From assembly GCA_050250555.1 (NCBI GenBank), contig JBFWOK010000007.1:6807-70806 (forward strand): 64,000 nucleotides of DNA, given 5' to 3'. Position 1 is the first letter of the stretch. Each line of letters starts with the position of its first letter. The notes under the pieces were generated by a model. That model was not told where the DNA came from. It saw nothing but the letters and a program-made list of their open reading frames with translations, and did no database searches. This document shows, one piece after another, positions 9,547 through 18,421 of this stretch. The stretch comes from Limisphaerales bacterium. Lineage in GTDB: Bacteria; Verrucomicrobiota; Verrucomicrobiia; Limisphaerales; CAIMTB01. The position numbers and the translations under genes were made by a program.

Positions 9547-11551
9547 GCTTCCCATGAACGTCCCCGCCACAGCCCGCCGAACCGGCTTCCGACTCCACCG
9601 ACTCGCACCCAGGATTCCCGCCGGGTATCTGGCGATCCTCGCCGGACTCTTCTCCGCCCTCCCGGTGCCCGCCGCCGACACCGCGCCTCCCCGGACCCCC
9701 ATCCCCGCCACCATCACCATCACGGTTCCCAGCCGGGATAGCATTCTCTCCACCTTGCGTCCGGAACACCCTCGGCTCCTGGCGACCCACGCGGATTTCG
9801 AGCGAGTCCGACGGGACGTGGTCGCGGTCCCGCAACTGACGGAATGGTGGTCGAAGATCAAACCCGAGGCCGACCGGATCCTTCGAACCGAGCCCGCCAG
9901 ATACCAGATCCCCGACGGACTGCGCCTTCTCGGAGTCAGTCGGACGGTGCTCACCCGGAGCTATCTCCTCGGCCTGGCGTGGCAGATCACCGGCGACCGA
10001 GTGTACGCCGATCGACTGACCCGGGAACTCACCGCGGTCGCGGCGTTCGACGATTGGAATCCCAGGCATTTTCTCGACACCGCCGAGATGTCCCATGCCG
10101 TGGGCATCGGCTACGACTGGGCGTTCGACGCTTTCCCACCGGAACAACGCGCGGCATTCCGGAAGGCGCTGATCGAGAAGGGACTCGAACCGGCCCGGCG
10201 GATCCATGCGGACGCCACCGCCAAATCAGGCTGGCCACGGGCGCGGCACAACTGGAATCAGGTGTGCAACGGCGGCATCACCCTCGGCGCCCTCGCCATC
10301 GCCGAGGACGCGCCCGAACTCGTCGCCGAACTCGTCACCGCGTCGGCGACATCGATCCAGATTCCGATGGCGGAATTCGCGCCCGACGGCGCCTGGTCCG
10401 AAGGTCCGGCGTACTGGAACTACGCGCTCATCTACAATGTCGCGATGCTGGCGGGACTCACGACGGCGCTGGGCTCGGACTTTGGCCTCTCGAACCTTCC
10501 GGGATTCGCCGAGACGGGCTTCTTCCCCCTGCACATCACGGGCCCGCTTCGCCGCACCTTCAACTATGCCGATGGCAGGGACGGCCTTCTCCGGGCACCT
10601 CAGATGCACTGGCTCGCCAAGCGATTCCAGCGCCCGCAATTCGCCGCCTACGCCCGCGACACCGCCTCGCCCCACCCGCTGGATATCCTTTGGTACGATT
10701 CCGGGCTCGCCACCTTTCCGACGCCCGACGAACCCCTCGACCGCCACTTTCGTGGAACCGGAATCGTCACGCTCCGAAGCGCCTGGCCCGCCAACGGCCT
10801 TCGACCCGGAAGTCCCGATCCCGCCCTCTTCGTCGGGTTCAAGGGGGGTGACAACAAGGCCAACCACAGCCACCTCGACCTCGGAACTTTCGTCTTCGAC
10901 GCGCTCGGGGTCCGGTGGGCGATGGATCACGGGCCGGAGAATTACAATGTCCCCGGCTACTTCGGCGCCCAACGCTGGAATTACTTCAGGACCCGCGCCG
11001 AGGGCCACAATACCCTCGTCCTGAACCCGGACTCCGAACCCGACCAGGACCCCAAGGCGAGCGCTCCCATTCTCCGTTTCGAATCGCGGCCGGACGACGC
11101 CCTCGCCATCGCCGATCTCTCCGCGGCCTACGCGCGCCATGCGCGGCGTGTCGTCCGCGGCGTGGCCCTCCAGGAGCGCAGGACCCGGGTTCTGATCCAG
11201 GACGAGATTGCGACCCGGGAGCCCGTCGACGTCCTGTGGGGCTTTCAAACGTACGCCGCGATCGAACTCCAAGGTCGTCGGGCGATCCTGACCCAGGGCC
11301 GATCCCGCCTTCAGGCGGCCATCCTGTCCCCAGCCGGCGCGGAGTTTTCCACCCAACCCACCGAATCGCTCCCAACATCACCCAAAACCGAAATCGGTTC
11401 CCTCATGGGCGGGCGCAAACTCGTGATCCAACTGAAGAAAGTGGACAACCCCCGCTTGGCGGTCCTCCTGACCCCCCTGGCAGCCGGCACCACCGCACCC
11501 GACCCGGATACGAATTCCGTTCCGGTGATTCCGCTCAGCGACTGGCCTTAG
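9545..11551 (+). CDS. heparinase II/III-like polysaccharide lyase family protein
   Basis: Signal-like N-terminus. DWNPRHFLDTAEMSHAVGIGYDW and KANHSHLDLGTFVFDALGVRWAMDHG are typical of the heparinase II/III family. The start could be 9545 or 9554. Confidence 0.75.
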   Translation: MLPMNVPATARRTGFRLHRLAPRIPAGYLAILAGLFSALPVPAADTAPPRTPIPATITITVPSRDSILSTLRPEHPRLLATHADFERVRRDVVAVPQLTEWWSKIKPEADRILRTEPARYQIPDGLRLLGVSRTVLTRSYLLGLAWQITGDRVYADRLTRELTAVAAFDDWNPRHFLDTAEMSHAVGIGYDWAFDAFPPEQRAAFRKALIEKGLEPARRIHADATAKSGWPRARHNWNQVCNGGITLGALAIAEDAPELVAELVTASATSIQIPMAEFAPDGAWSEGPAYWNYALIYNVAMLAGLTTALGSDFGLSNLPGFAETGFFPLHITGPLRRTFNYADGRDGLLRAPQMHWLAKRFQRPQFAAYARDTASPHPLDILWYDSGLATFPTPDEPLDRHFRGTGIVTLRSAWPANGLRPGSPDPALFVGFKGGDNKANHSHLDLGTFVFDALGVRWAMDHGPENYNVPGYFGAQRWNYFRTRAEGHNTLVLNPDSEPDQDPKASAPILRFESRPDDALAIADLSAAYARHARRVVRGVALQERRTRVLIQDEIATREPVDVLWGFQTYAAIELQGRRAILTQGRSRLQAAILSPAGAEFSTQPTESLPTSPKTEIGSLMGGRKLVIQLKKVDNPRLAVLLTPLAAGTTAPDPDTNSVPVIPLSDWP

Positions 11552-12809
11552 CCGCCAGCAACCTTCGAAGCTCACCCACCGGGTCGTCCACCAGGCTGGC
11601 CGTGACGGCGAAACGCTTCACCCGGCTCGTGGGCAACCGGAACTTCAGGTCCCGAAACACCCTTTCGCAGACCGTCATCAGTCCCCTCGCCCCCGTGGCT
11701 TCCGCGCCCGCCAGGCGCGCCAGGCGTCGCAAACCGTCGTCGCGGAACTCCACCTCGATGCCGTACGCGCCGAATGCCCGTTCGCACTGGTGAATCAGGC
11801 TGCTCTCACTCTTCCGCAGAACATCGAAAAGATCCTCCTCGTCGAGTCCATGACAGGCCACCCGGACCGGAAGCCTCCCGATGAACTCCGGCTCCAACCC
11901 AAACTCGATGAGGTCGGGAGTCGTCATCTGGGACAGCAGCCAGTCGACATCTCCCAGGCGCCCGCCCGGATCGCGCTTCGGCCTCCCCGCCGCCCCTGGA
12001 GCCTGACCCTTCTTCGTCGCCGCGGCTCGCACCCGCAACAACCGGTTCCGGATCACGTCGGCAATTCCGGAGAATGCCCCGCTCACAATGAACAGAATGT
12101 GCCGGGTGTTCAGAGTCTCGGCCGGCGGCGGCCCGCCGCGCATCGCCGCCATCGCCGTCTGCAACTGGCCGGTCACGTCGTTGGGCGACACCAGGGGAAC
12201 GTCCCCGTCCTCCATCAGCTTGAGCAGGTTCGTCTGAACCCCCCGGCCCGAGACATCCCGTCCAGCGCCGGGCATCCGGGTCGCCAGCTTGTCGACCTCG
12301 TCGAGGTAGATGATCCCGTGCTCCGCCTTGCCCGCGTCATTTCCAGACCGCCGGTAGAGGTCCCGCACCAGATCGTCCACGTCGCCCCCGACGTAGCCCG
12401 TCTCACTGAACTTGGTGGCGTCCGCCTTGACGAACGGAACCCCGATCAGTTCGGCCGCCGACCGGATCAGATGCGTCTTCCCGACGCCGGTGGGACCCAG
12501 GAGCAGGACGTTCTGCTTTTGATAGTGCGGCGTGGGGCTTCCCTCGCGGGTCATCCGCACGTGCTGGAAGTGGTCGCACAACGCCACGCTCAGGACCTTC
12601 TTCGCCTCCCGCTGACCGATGACAAAGCGGTCCAAATGCCGCGCAATCGCCTGGGGCCTGAGGTTGAAGAGAAAAGGCTGGGGCGCCGAGGCGGTCTCGG
12701 CCACGCCGGGCTTCGAGAGGGCTTCGGAAGGGCGCTTGCGGGGTGTCCGGATCTTTTCCGGAACACCGGCTGTGAGGGGTCCGAGGGGCGAGGTGGGCAT
12801 GGTGGGCAT
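11535..12809 (-). CDS. ClpX-family AAA+ ATPase lacking the N-terminal zinc-binding domain and IGF loop
   Basis: Collinear with ClpX: VIGQREAKKVLSVAL, Walker A GPTGVGKT, pore loop ETGYVG, Walker B IIYLDEVDK, RDVSGRGVQTNLLKLMED, EFIGRLPV, TGARGL. No Cys in the first 80 aa and no IGF/LGF tripeptide. Confidence 0.8.
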   Translation of the reverse strand: MPTMPTSPLGPLTAGVPEKIRTPRKRPSEALSKPGVAETASAPQPFLFNLRPQAIARHLDRFVIGQREAKKVLSVALCDHFQHVRMTREGSPTPHYQKQNVLLLGPTGVGKTHLIRSAAELIGVPFVKADATKFSETGYVGGDVDDLVRDLYRRSGNDAGKAEHGIIYLDEVDKLATRMPGAGRDVSGRGVQTNLLKLMEDGDVPLVSPNDVTGQLQTAMAAMRGGPPPAETLNTRHILFIVSGAFSGIADVIRNRLLRVRAAATKKGQAPGAAGRPKRDPGGRLGDVDWLLSQMTTPDLIEFGLEPEFIGRLPVRVACHGLDEEDLFDVLRKSESSLIHQCERAFGAYGIEVEFRDDGLRRLARLAGAEATGARGLMTVCERVFRDLKFRLPTSRVKRFAVTASLVDDPVGELRRLLAAKASR

Positions 12810-12894
12810 GGAGGGAGGCTATGGGACCAATGGGACAAATAGGACACATGAAATGCCTCCGGCCATATGTCCCATGTGTCCCATATGTCCCATC
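12792..12894. repeat. 9-bp-periodic repeat hairpin (ATGGGAC x3 / GTCCCAT x3) between ahcY and the clpX-like gene
   Basis: Left arm 12821-12850, 14-nt spacer, right arm 12865-12894, with 25/30 complementary positions. GGTGGGCAT x2 (12792-12809) extends into the MPTMPT start of the clpX-like CDS. Confidence 0.85.
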
Positions 12895-12927
12895 GGCCCC
12901 GTGTCGCCCACGCCTTCCATCCGGCCC

Positions 12928-14430
12928 TCAGTACCTGTAGTGCTCCGGCTTGTACGGCCCCTCCACGGGCACCCCCAGGTAGTCCGCCTGGGCCTTGGTG
13001 AGTTTCGTCAGTTTGACTCCGATCTTCTCGAGATGCAGCCGGGCGACCTCTTCGTCGAGCTTCTTGGGCAGCCGGTAGACCGTCTTCTCGTACTTGTCCT
13101 TGTTCTGCCAGAGGTCGATCTGGGCCAGGGTCTGGTTCGTGAACGAGTTGGACATCACGAAACTCGGATGGCCCGTGGCGCACCCGAGGTTCACCAGGCG
13201 GCCCTCGGCCAGAAGGTAGACGCTCCGCCCGTTCGGCAGGAGGTAGCGATCGTATTGCGGCTTGATCGTGTCCACCCGGACGCCCTTGGTCCGCTTCAGC
13301 GCCTCGACCTGAATCTCGTTATCGAAGTGGCCGATGTTGCAGATGATCGCCTGGTCCTTCATCCGGAGCACGTGGTCGACCGTGATGATGTCGCAGTTGC
13401 CCGTGGTCGTGACATAGATGTCGCCCGTCCCCAGGGTGCTCTCGATCGTGTTGACCTCGAATCCTTCCATCGCCGCCTGCAGCGCGTTGATCGGATCGAT
13501 CTCGGTGACGACAACGCGGGCGCCGTACGCGCGCAGGGAATGGGCGCTGCCCTTGCCGACATCACCATATCCGCAGATCACCGCCACCTTGCCCGCGATC
13601 ATCACGTCCGTCGCGCGCTTGATCCCGTCCGCGAGGGATTCCCGGCAACCGTACAGGTTGTCGAACTTCGATTTGGTCACCGAATCGTTCACGTTGATCG
13701 CCGGCACCAGGAGCTTGCCCTGCTCGGCGAGCTGGTACAGGCGGTGAACCCCCGTGGTCGTCTCCTCCGAAACCCCCTTCCACGCCTTGACGATCCGGGT
13801 CCAGAGACCGGGATGATCCTTCGCCGTCCGCTTCAGGAGGGCCTTCACCACCGCGACCTCATGATTGTCGCTGGCCTGGTGGACCCAGCGGCTTCCCTGC
13901 TCCATCTCATACCCCTTGTGGATCAGGAGAGTGACGTCACCGCCGTCGTCCACGACCAGTTCCGGACCCTTGTTGCCCGGATGCAGCACCGCCTTCAGCG
14001 TCAGTTCCCAATACTCCTCGAGGGTCTCACCCTTCCACGCGAACACAGGCACTCCCGTCGCGGCGATCGCCGCCGCGGCGTGGTCCTGCGTCGAAAAAAT
14101 GTTGCAGCTCGCCCAACGGACCGACGCCCCAAGCTCGACCAGGGTTTCGATCAGGACCGCGGTCTCGATGGTCATGTGCAGCGACCCGGTCACCCGGACG
14201 CCACGCAAAGGCTTTTGCTTCGCGTACTTCTTGCGGACCGACATCAGGCCGGGCATCTCGTGCTCGGCCACGGCGATCTGCTTCCGACCCCAGTCGGCAA
14301 GCGCGATGTCCTGGACGATGTAGTCGGAGCCCGCCGGTGTCCGGGCGGAGTACTTGGCGAGGTTGGCGGTCGCTGCGGCGACTTCGGCGAGCACGGCGGC
14401 GGTCGCGGCGGTTTTCTTGGGCTTGGCCAT
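12928..14430 (-). CDS. ahcY: adenosylhomocysteinase
   Basis: Full-length match by eye to SAH hydrolases: [67 protein letters not shown] (NAD fold), GHFDNEI, PEHYRY end. Confidence 0.97.
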   Translation of the reverse strand: MAKPKKTAATAAVLAEVAAATANLAKYSARTPAGSDYIVQDIALADWGRKQIAVAEHEMPGLMSVRKKYAKQKPLRGVRVTGSLHMTIETAVLIETLVELGASVRWASCNIFSTQDHAAAAIAATGVPVFAWKGETLEEYWELTLKAVLHPGNKGPELVVDDGGDVTLLIHKGYEMEQGSRWVHQASDNHEVAVVKALLKRTAKDHPGLWTRIVKAWKGVSEETTTGVHRLYQLAEQGKLLVPAINVNDSVTKSKFDNLYGCRESLADGIKRATDVMIAGKVAVICGYGDVGKGSAHSLRAYGARVVVTEIDPINALQAAMEGFEVNTIESTLGTGDIYVTTTGNCDIITVDHVLRMKDQAIICNIGHFDNEIQVEALKRTKGVRVDTIKPQYDRYLLPNGRSVYLLAEGRLVNLGCATGHPSFVMSNSFTNQTLAQIDLWQNKDKYEKTVYRLPKKLDEEVARLHLEKIGVKLTKLTKAQADYLGVPVEGPYKPEHYRY

Positions 14431-14517
14431 GGGATGTTTCTCGAAAGGATGGGTCGAAGAACTCGGATTCGATTCTGATTCTCTTCTCAGTCGGTTGGAA
14501 TGGATCGGCCCGCTGAC

Positions 14518-15699
14518 TTACTTCGCCGCCTTCTGGAGCGCCTTGACCTGGTCGGTGGCCTCCCACGTCAGATCGGGATCGTTCTTCCCGAAGTGACCGT
14601 AGTTGGTGGTCTTCGAGTAAATCGGCCGCAAGAGATTCAGCTGCTTCACGATGTCCGCGGGCTTGAAGCTGAAGACCCGCTGGACGGCGTCCGTGATCGC
14701 CTCGTCCGTCAACCCGCCCTGCGCCGTTCCGAAGGTGTTGACGTAGACGCTCACCGGGTCGGGGTAGCCGATCGCGTACGCGAACTGCACTTCGCAACGC
14801 CGCGCCATGCCCGCCGCAACGACGTTCTTCGCCACGTACCGACCCATGTAAGCCGCGCTACGGTCCACCTTCGAAGGATCCTTCCCCGAAAACGCCCCGC
14901 CACCGTGCCGTCCCCACCCGCCGTAGGTGTCCACGATGATCTTCCGACCGGTCAACCCCGTGTCTCCCTGCGGGCCACCCACCACGAATCGCCCCGTCGG
15001 ATTGATGAGGTACAGCGTTTCCTTGGTCAGGAGTTCCTTCGGCAGCTGCTTCTTCACGACCTCCTCGATGCAGAACTCCTCGATCGTCCTGTGCTTCACG
15101 CTCGCGGCGTGCTGGGTCGAGATCACCACGTTCGTGATCCGAACCGGCTCGTCATCCCGATACTCCACCGACACCTGGGACTTGGCATCCGGGCGCAGCC
15201 AGGGCGCCAGCTTGCCCGCCTTCCGGATCCGGGTGAGTTCCCGCCCGAGCCGGTGCGCGAACATGATCGGCGACGGCATCCGCTCCGGCGTCTCGTCGCA
15301 GGCGTAGCCGAACATCAACCCCTGGTCCCCCGCCCCCTGCTCCGCCGTTTTCTTCCCGGTCGCGGCCTTCGCGTCGACACCTTGCGAAATGTCCGCCGAC
15401 TGCGTGGTGACGTAGAGGTTCACGAACACCCGGTCGGCGTGGAACACGTCGTCGTCGTTGACGTATCCGATCTCCCGGATCGCTTCCCGCGCGATCGCGG
15501 CGTGGTCGAGCTTCGCCCGGGTCGTGATCTCCCCGCCCACCACCACCACATTGGACTTCGCATAGGTCTCGCAGGCCACACGACTGCGCTTGTCCTCCGC
15601 CAGGCAGGCGTCGAGGATCGCGTCGGAAATCGTGTCGCACACCTTGTCTGGATGGCCTTCACCAACGGACTCGGACGAAAAAATGAATCGCTTGCTCAT
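14518..15699 (-). CDS. metK: S-adenosylmethionine synthetase
   Basis: ATG at 15699 gives [22 protein letters not shown]. Also [33 protein letters not shown] and [19 protein letters not shown]. Confidence 0.97.
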   Translation of the reverse strand: MSKRFIFSSESVGEGHPDKVCDTISDAILDACLAEDKRSRVACETYAKSNVVVVGGEITTRAKLDHAAIAREAIREIGYVNDDDVFHADRVFVNLYVTTQSADISQGVDAKAATGKKTAEQGAGDQGLMFGYACDETPERMPSPIMFAHRLGRELTRIRKAGKLAPWLRPDAKSQVSVEYRDDEPVRITNVVISTQHAASVKHRTIEEFCIEEVVKKQLPKELLTKETLYLINPTGRFVVGGPQGDTGLTGRKIIVDTYGGWGRHGGGAFSGKDPSKVDRSAAYMGRYVAKNVVAAGMARRCEVQFAYAIGYPDPVSVYVNTFGTAQGGLTDEAITDAVQRVFSFKPADIVKQLNLLRPIYSKTTNYGHFGKNDPDLTWEATDQVKALQKAAK

Positions 15700-15743
15700 T
15701 CGATCAGGGTTGTCGTTGACCCCCGTTTTCAAGGGTCGTATTA

Positions 15744-15786
15744 ACGTATCCGGATTTGACGATACGTAGTCGATTCAGCGCGTCAA
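15744..15786 (-). promoter_or_regulatory. putative metK promoter with overlapping inverted repeat (candidate operator)
   Basis: Minus strand: -35 TTGACG (15786-15781), 16-nt spacer, -10 TATCGT (15764-15759). Inverted repeat ACGTATC (15744-15750) N10 GATACGT (15761-15767) covers the -10 and start-site region. Confidence 0.4.
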
Positions 15787-15826
15787 ACCCGATTTTCAAC
15801 GTGGATCCCATGGGATCGATCTGATC

Positions 15827-16756
15827 ATGGCCCAGACACTCAAGAGCCTTCGCGCGCTCGCCGATCCGACCCGGCTCCGCATCCTCGCCCTCCTCGATCG
15901 CGCCGAACTCTCCGTCCACGAACTCCAGCAGATCACGACGCTCGTCCAGTCCCGCATCTCGACCCACCTCGCCCTCCTCCAGGACGCCGCCCTGGTCCAG
16001 TCCCGGCGGGAAGGCAAACGCGCCTTCTATCGGATCGCGAATTCCCACGATCCCCACGTCGCCGAAAGCCTCCGCCTCGCACAACGGGCCGCCAGCGAGC
16101 TGGCCGAACACGAATCCGACGGGACCAATCTCCGCCGCATTCTCGCGCAGCGCGAAAACCAGGCCCAACTGCTCTTCAACCAGGTCGCGGGTCGCTTCGA
16201 CCGCTCCTACGGACCCGGGCGCTCCTGGCAGGCCTTCGGCCAGCTCCTGCTCCGGCTCCTCCCGCCCCTGACCGTGGCCGATCTCGGTTCCGGCGAAGGC
16301 CTCCTCAGCGAGCTGCTCGCCCTTCGCTGCCGCTCCGTGATCGCCGTCGACAACTCCGAAAAAATCATCGCCTTCGGCGCGGCCAAGGCGCGGAAATCGG
16401 GCCTCAAGAACCTGGAGTTCCGTCTCGGCGACCTCGAATCACCCCCGATCGCGGACGGCTCGGTCGACGTCGTCATCCTCAGTCAGGCCCTGCATCACGC
16501 CGAGAATCCGGAACGCGCGCTTCAGTCCGCCCACCGGATCCTCAAGTCCGGAGGGAACCTGCTGGCACTCGACCTGCGCCAGCACTCCTTCGAACAGGCG
16601 CGCCAACTCTACGGTGACCGCTGGCTCGGATTCGCGGAGAGCGACCTGACACGATGGCTGGAATCCGCCGGATTCCGAGCTGTGGAGGTCTCGGTGGTCG
16701 CCCGGGAGGAACAACCTCCGCACTTCCAGACGCTCCTGGCGTCAGGCCAGAAATAG
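15827..16756 (+). CDS. ArsR-family HTH regulator fused to a SAM-dependent methyltransferase-fold domain (SahR-type)
   Basis: N-terminus LADPTRLRILALLDRAELSVHELQQITTLVQSRISTHLALLQDAALV (ArsR wHTH). C-terminus VADLGSGEGLLSELLA...VIAVDNSEKII...VDVVILSQALHHAENPERAL (class I MTase motifs I/II/post-I). Divergent from metK. Confidence 0.75.
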   Translation: MAQTLKSLRALADPTRLRILALLDRAELSVHELQQITTLVQSRISTHLALLQDAALVQSRREGKRAFYRIANSHDPHVAESLRLAQRAASELAEHESDGTNLRRILAQRENQAQLLFNQVAGRFDRSYGPGRSWQAFGQLLLRLLPPLTVADLGSGEGLLSELLALRCRSVIAVDNSEKIIAFGAAKARKSGLKNLEFRLGDLESPPIADGSVDVVILSQALHHAENPERALQSAHRILKSGGNLLALDLRQHSFEQARQLYGDRWLGFAESDLTRWLESAGFRAVEVSVVAREEQPPHFQTLLASGQK

Positions 16757-16862
16757 GCCGGCATTCGTCGCAAAGTGCTTGCGCCTTCCCGCCCCGTCGT
16801 TTCCCGACTCCACCTCGTCTTTCGAGCTGCATTCGGCCCGTTTCCCACCGCATAGTCCCGGC

Positions 16863-17639
16863 ATGCCATCCATCCAACAGACGGTTTGCGGCCTCATCGC
16901 GCTTCTCGCCCCGACCCTTTACTCGATCGCCGACGTCGGCGTGGGCGCCGCCCCGATTCCAGGCGCCACGGTCCTCATCGACGGCTCCCGCGAAACGCTG
17001 GACGCCAAATGGACCTACTGGGAGGGACCCCGCTTCAAATCATCCCTGCCGATCAAGTGGAAGATCGTACCGGACCCGGTCGATTCCGGCACGGTCGTGA
17101 TGACGGACGATCCCGCGGCGGCCGGTGGAGTGTACGGCGCGGCCGACATCGTGACGAAGGAGGCGTACCGCGATTTCCGTCTCCACGTCGAATTCCTGGT
17201 GATGAAGCCGGGCGGCAACAGCGGGGTCTACCTCCAGAATCGCTACGAAATCCAGGTGCTGGACGGTGATAAGACCAGCCACGGCATGGGAGCCGTCATC
17301 AATGAGACGCCCTCGCCGTACGACGCCTACAACGGAGTCGGCAAATGGAACGCCTACGACGTCTTCTTCCGCGCGGCACGGTTCAAGGGCGACAAACGCA
17401 TCGAGAAAGCCCTCGTCACCGTTTATTTCAACGGCAAGAAGGTCCACACCAATCAGCCCATCAGCCAGGTCTGGGGCGGTCCGAATTCAGGAATCGACGG
17501 CGGCAATGACGGCGGCAAGGGCATCACCGACACGCCCGGCGGACTCAAGCTCCAGGCCGAGGGACACGATGTCCGCTACCGCAACACCTGGATCAAGCCG
17601 CTCGAAATCCCCGCCTTCAACACGGACCTCAAGGACTGA
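16863..17639 (+). CDS. secreted DUF1080 (3-keto-disaccharide hydrolase-like) protein
   Basis: ATG at 16863 (MPSIQQTVCGLIALLAP). YRDFRLHVEFLVMKPGGNSGVYLQNRYEIQVLD and HDVRYRNTWIKPL. Confidence 0.8.
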   Translation: MPSIQQTVCGLIALLAPTLYSIADVGVGAAPIPGATVLIDGSRETLDAKWTYWEGPRFKSSLPIKWKIVPDPVDSGTVVMTDDPAAAGGVYGAADIVTKEAYRDFRLHVEFLVMKPGGNSGVYLQNRYEIQVLDGDKTSHGMGAVINETPSPYDAYNGVGKWNAYDVFFRAARFKGDKRIEKALVTVYFNGKKVHTNQPISQVWGGPNSGIDGGNDGGKGITDTPGGLKLQAEGHDVRYRNTWIKPLEIPAFNTDLKD

Positions 17640-17664
17640 CGCTTCGAACGCCAACCGGCAGTCC

Positions 17665-17688
17665 CGAACTCGAACTCGAACTCGAACT
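17665..17688. repeat. hexanucleotide microsatellite (CGAACT)4
   Basis: Read directly; lies 26 nt after the DUF1080 stop. Confidence 0.9.
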
Positions 17689-17727
17689 CGGACCCCTTGC
17701 CGAGCCCTCGCGCGCCCGGGCTGCCCG

Positions 17728-18222
17728 TCACGGCACCCGGACGAACTCAACGTCGAAGCTCTGGTCGACGGCCGGCTGGTAGTAGGTCCCGATCATCTGG
17801 TCGACGGCGGGCAGATAGGTCAGGCGATACGTGCTGCCTGGGTATCCCACATCCTGGAGTTCGACAAACACAGTCAGCTTGCCGTCGGTCTCCTTCGCCT
17901 CCGCCTGGGCCACGTGAATTGGCCGCGGGTTCAGATACGCCGCGTCCATCTTCCCCGACTCGGAGTCCACCGACCGGATCTCCAGGATATATCCGCCGTC
18001 CGGCCGCAGCCAGCGGCCCGCGAGCTTCGCGCCGTTCACCCGTGACTTCGCCGGCGATTCCACCGCGGACGCCACCGCCTGGGTGACCACCGTCGGCACG
18101 GTGGACCCCGCGGACCCGGCCGGTGTCGCGTCGGAACCCGTCGGCGAAGGCTTCGAAGCCGGATCCCCGCACCCCGACAGCAAGCCCGACAGCAACACCA
18201 CCAGAAATCCCGCTCGTCGCAT
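17728..18222 (-). CDS. hypothetical lipoprotein
   Basis: ATG at 18222 gives MRRAGFLVVLLSGLLSGC (lipobox LSG-C), then a Ser/Thr/Pro linker and a ~110-aa beta-rich domain. No family recognised. Confidence 0.55.
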   Translation of the reverse strand: MRRAGFLVVLLSGLLSGCGDPASKPSPTGSDATPAGSAGSTVPTVVTQAVASAVESPAKSRVNGAKLAGRWLRPDGGYILEIRSVDSESGKMDAAYLNPRPIHVAQAEAKETDGKLTVFVELQDVGYPGSTYRLTYLPAVDQMIGTYYQPAVDQSFDVEFVRVP

Positions 18223-18421
18223 TCCCGGGCGCCGTCGCTCCCGGGCGTCCGATCGGTCCGTGGCCGAGACAGCCACTTTCACATTCAAGGTCGGAGGTTC
18301 CATCGTTGTGCCGGCACTCTCCGCCGTTCAGCCCCCGGCGTCAGCCCAATCTTCCGAAACGTCCACACCCACTTCTCACTTCCCCCTTCCCACGTCCGCG
18401 CCTCCCAGCCGGGAACCGGTA

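Noticed and set aside
11535-11551. 17-bp overlap of the convergent heparinase-like and clpX-like genes as a possible annotation error.
   Set aside because: Both stop codons were verified by direct reading (TAG at 11549-11551, and TGA as the complement of 11535-11537). Short convergent overlaps are common, so there is nothing further to report.
12792-12894. CRISPR-like appearance of the short tandem and interspersed repeats here and at 9331-9546, 44705-44740 and 48489-48524.
   Set aside because: The units are 6-9 bp, directly abutting or forming a single hairpin. There are no 25-40-bp unique spacers, no arrays of three or more regularly spaced 24-40-bp repeats, and no cas genes in the window.
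14431-14517. SAH riboswitch upstream of ahcY, or SAM riboswitch upstream of metK (15700-15826).
   Set aside because: I could not find the conserved SAM-I, SAM-II or SAH riboswitch core sequences or a convincing multi-stem fold by eye. The spacers are short (87 and 127 nt). A covariance-model scan would be needed for a definitive negative.
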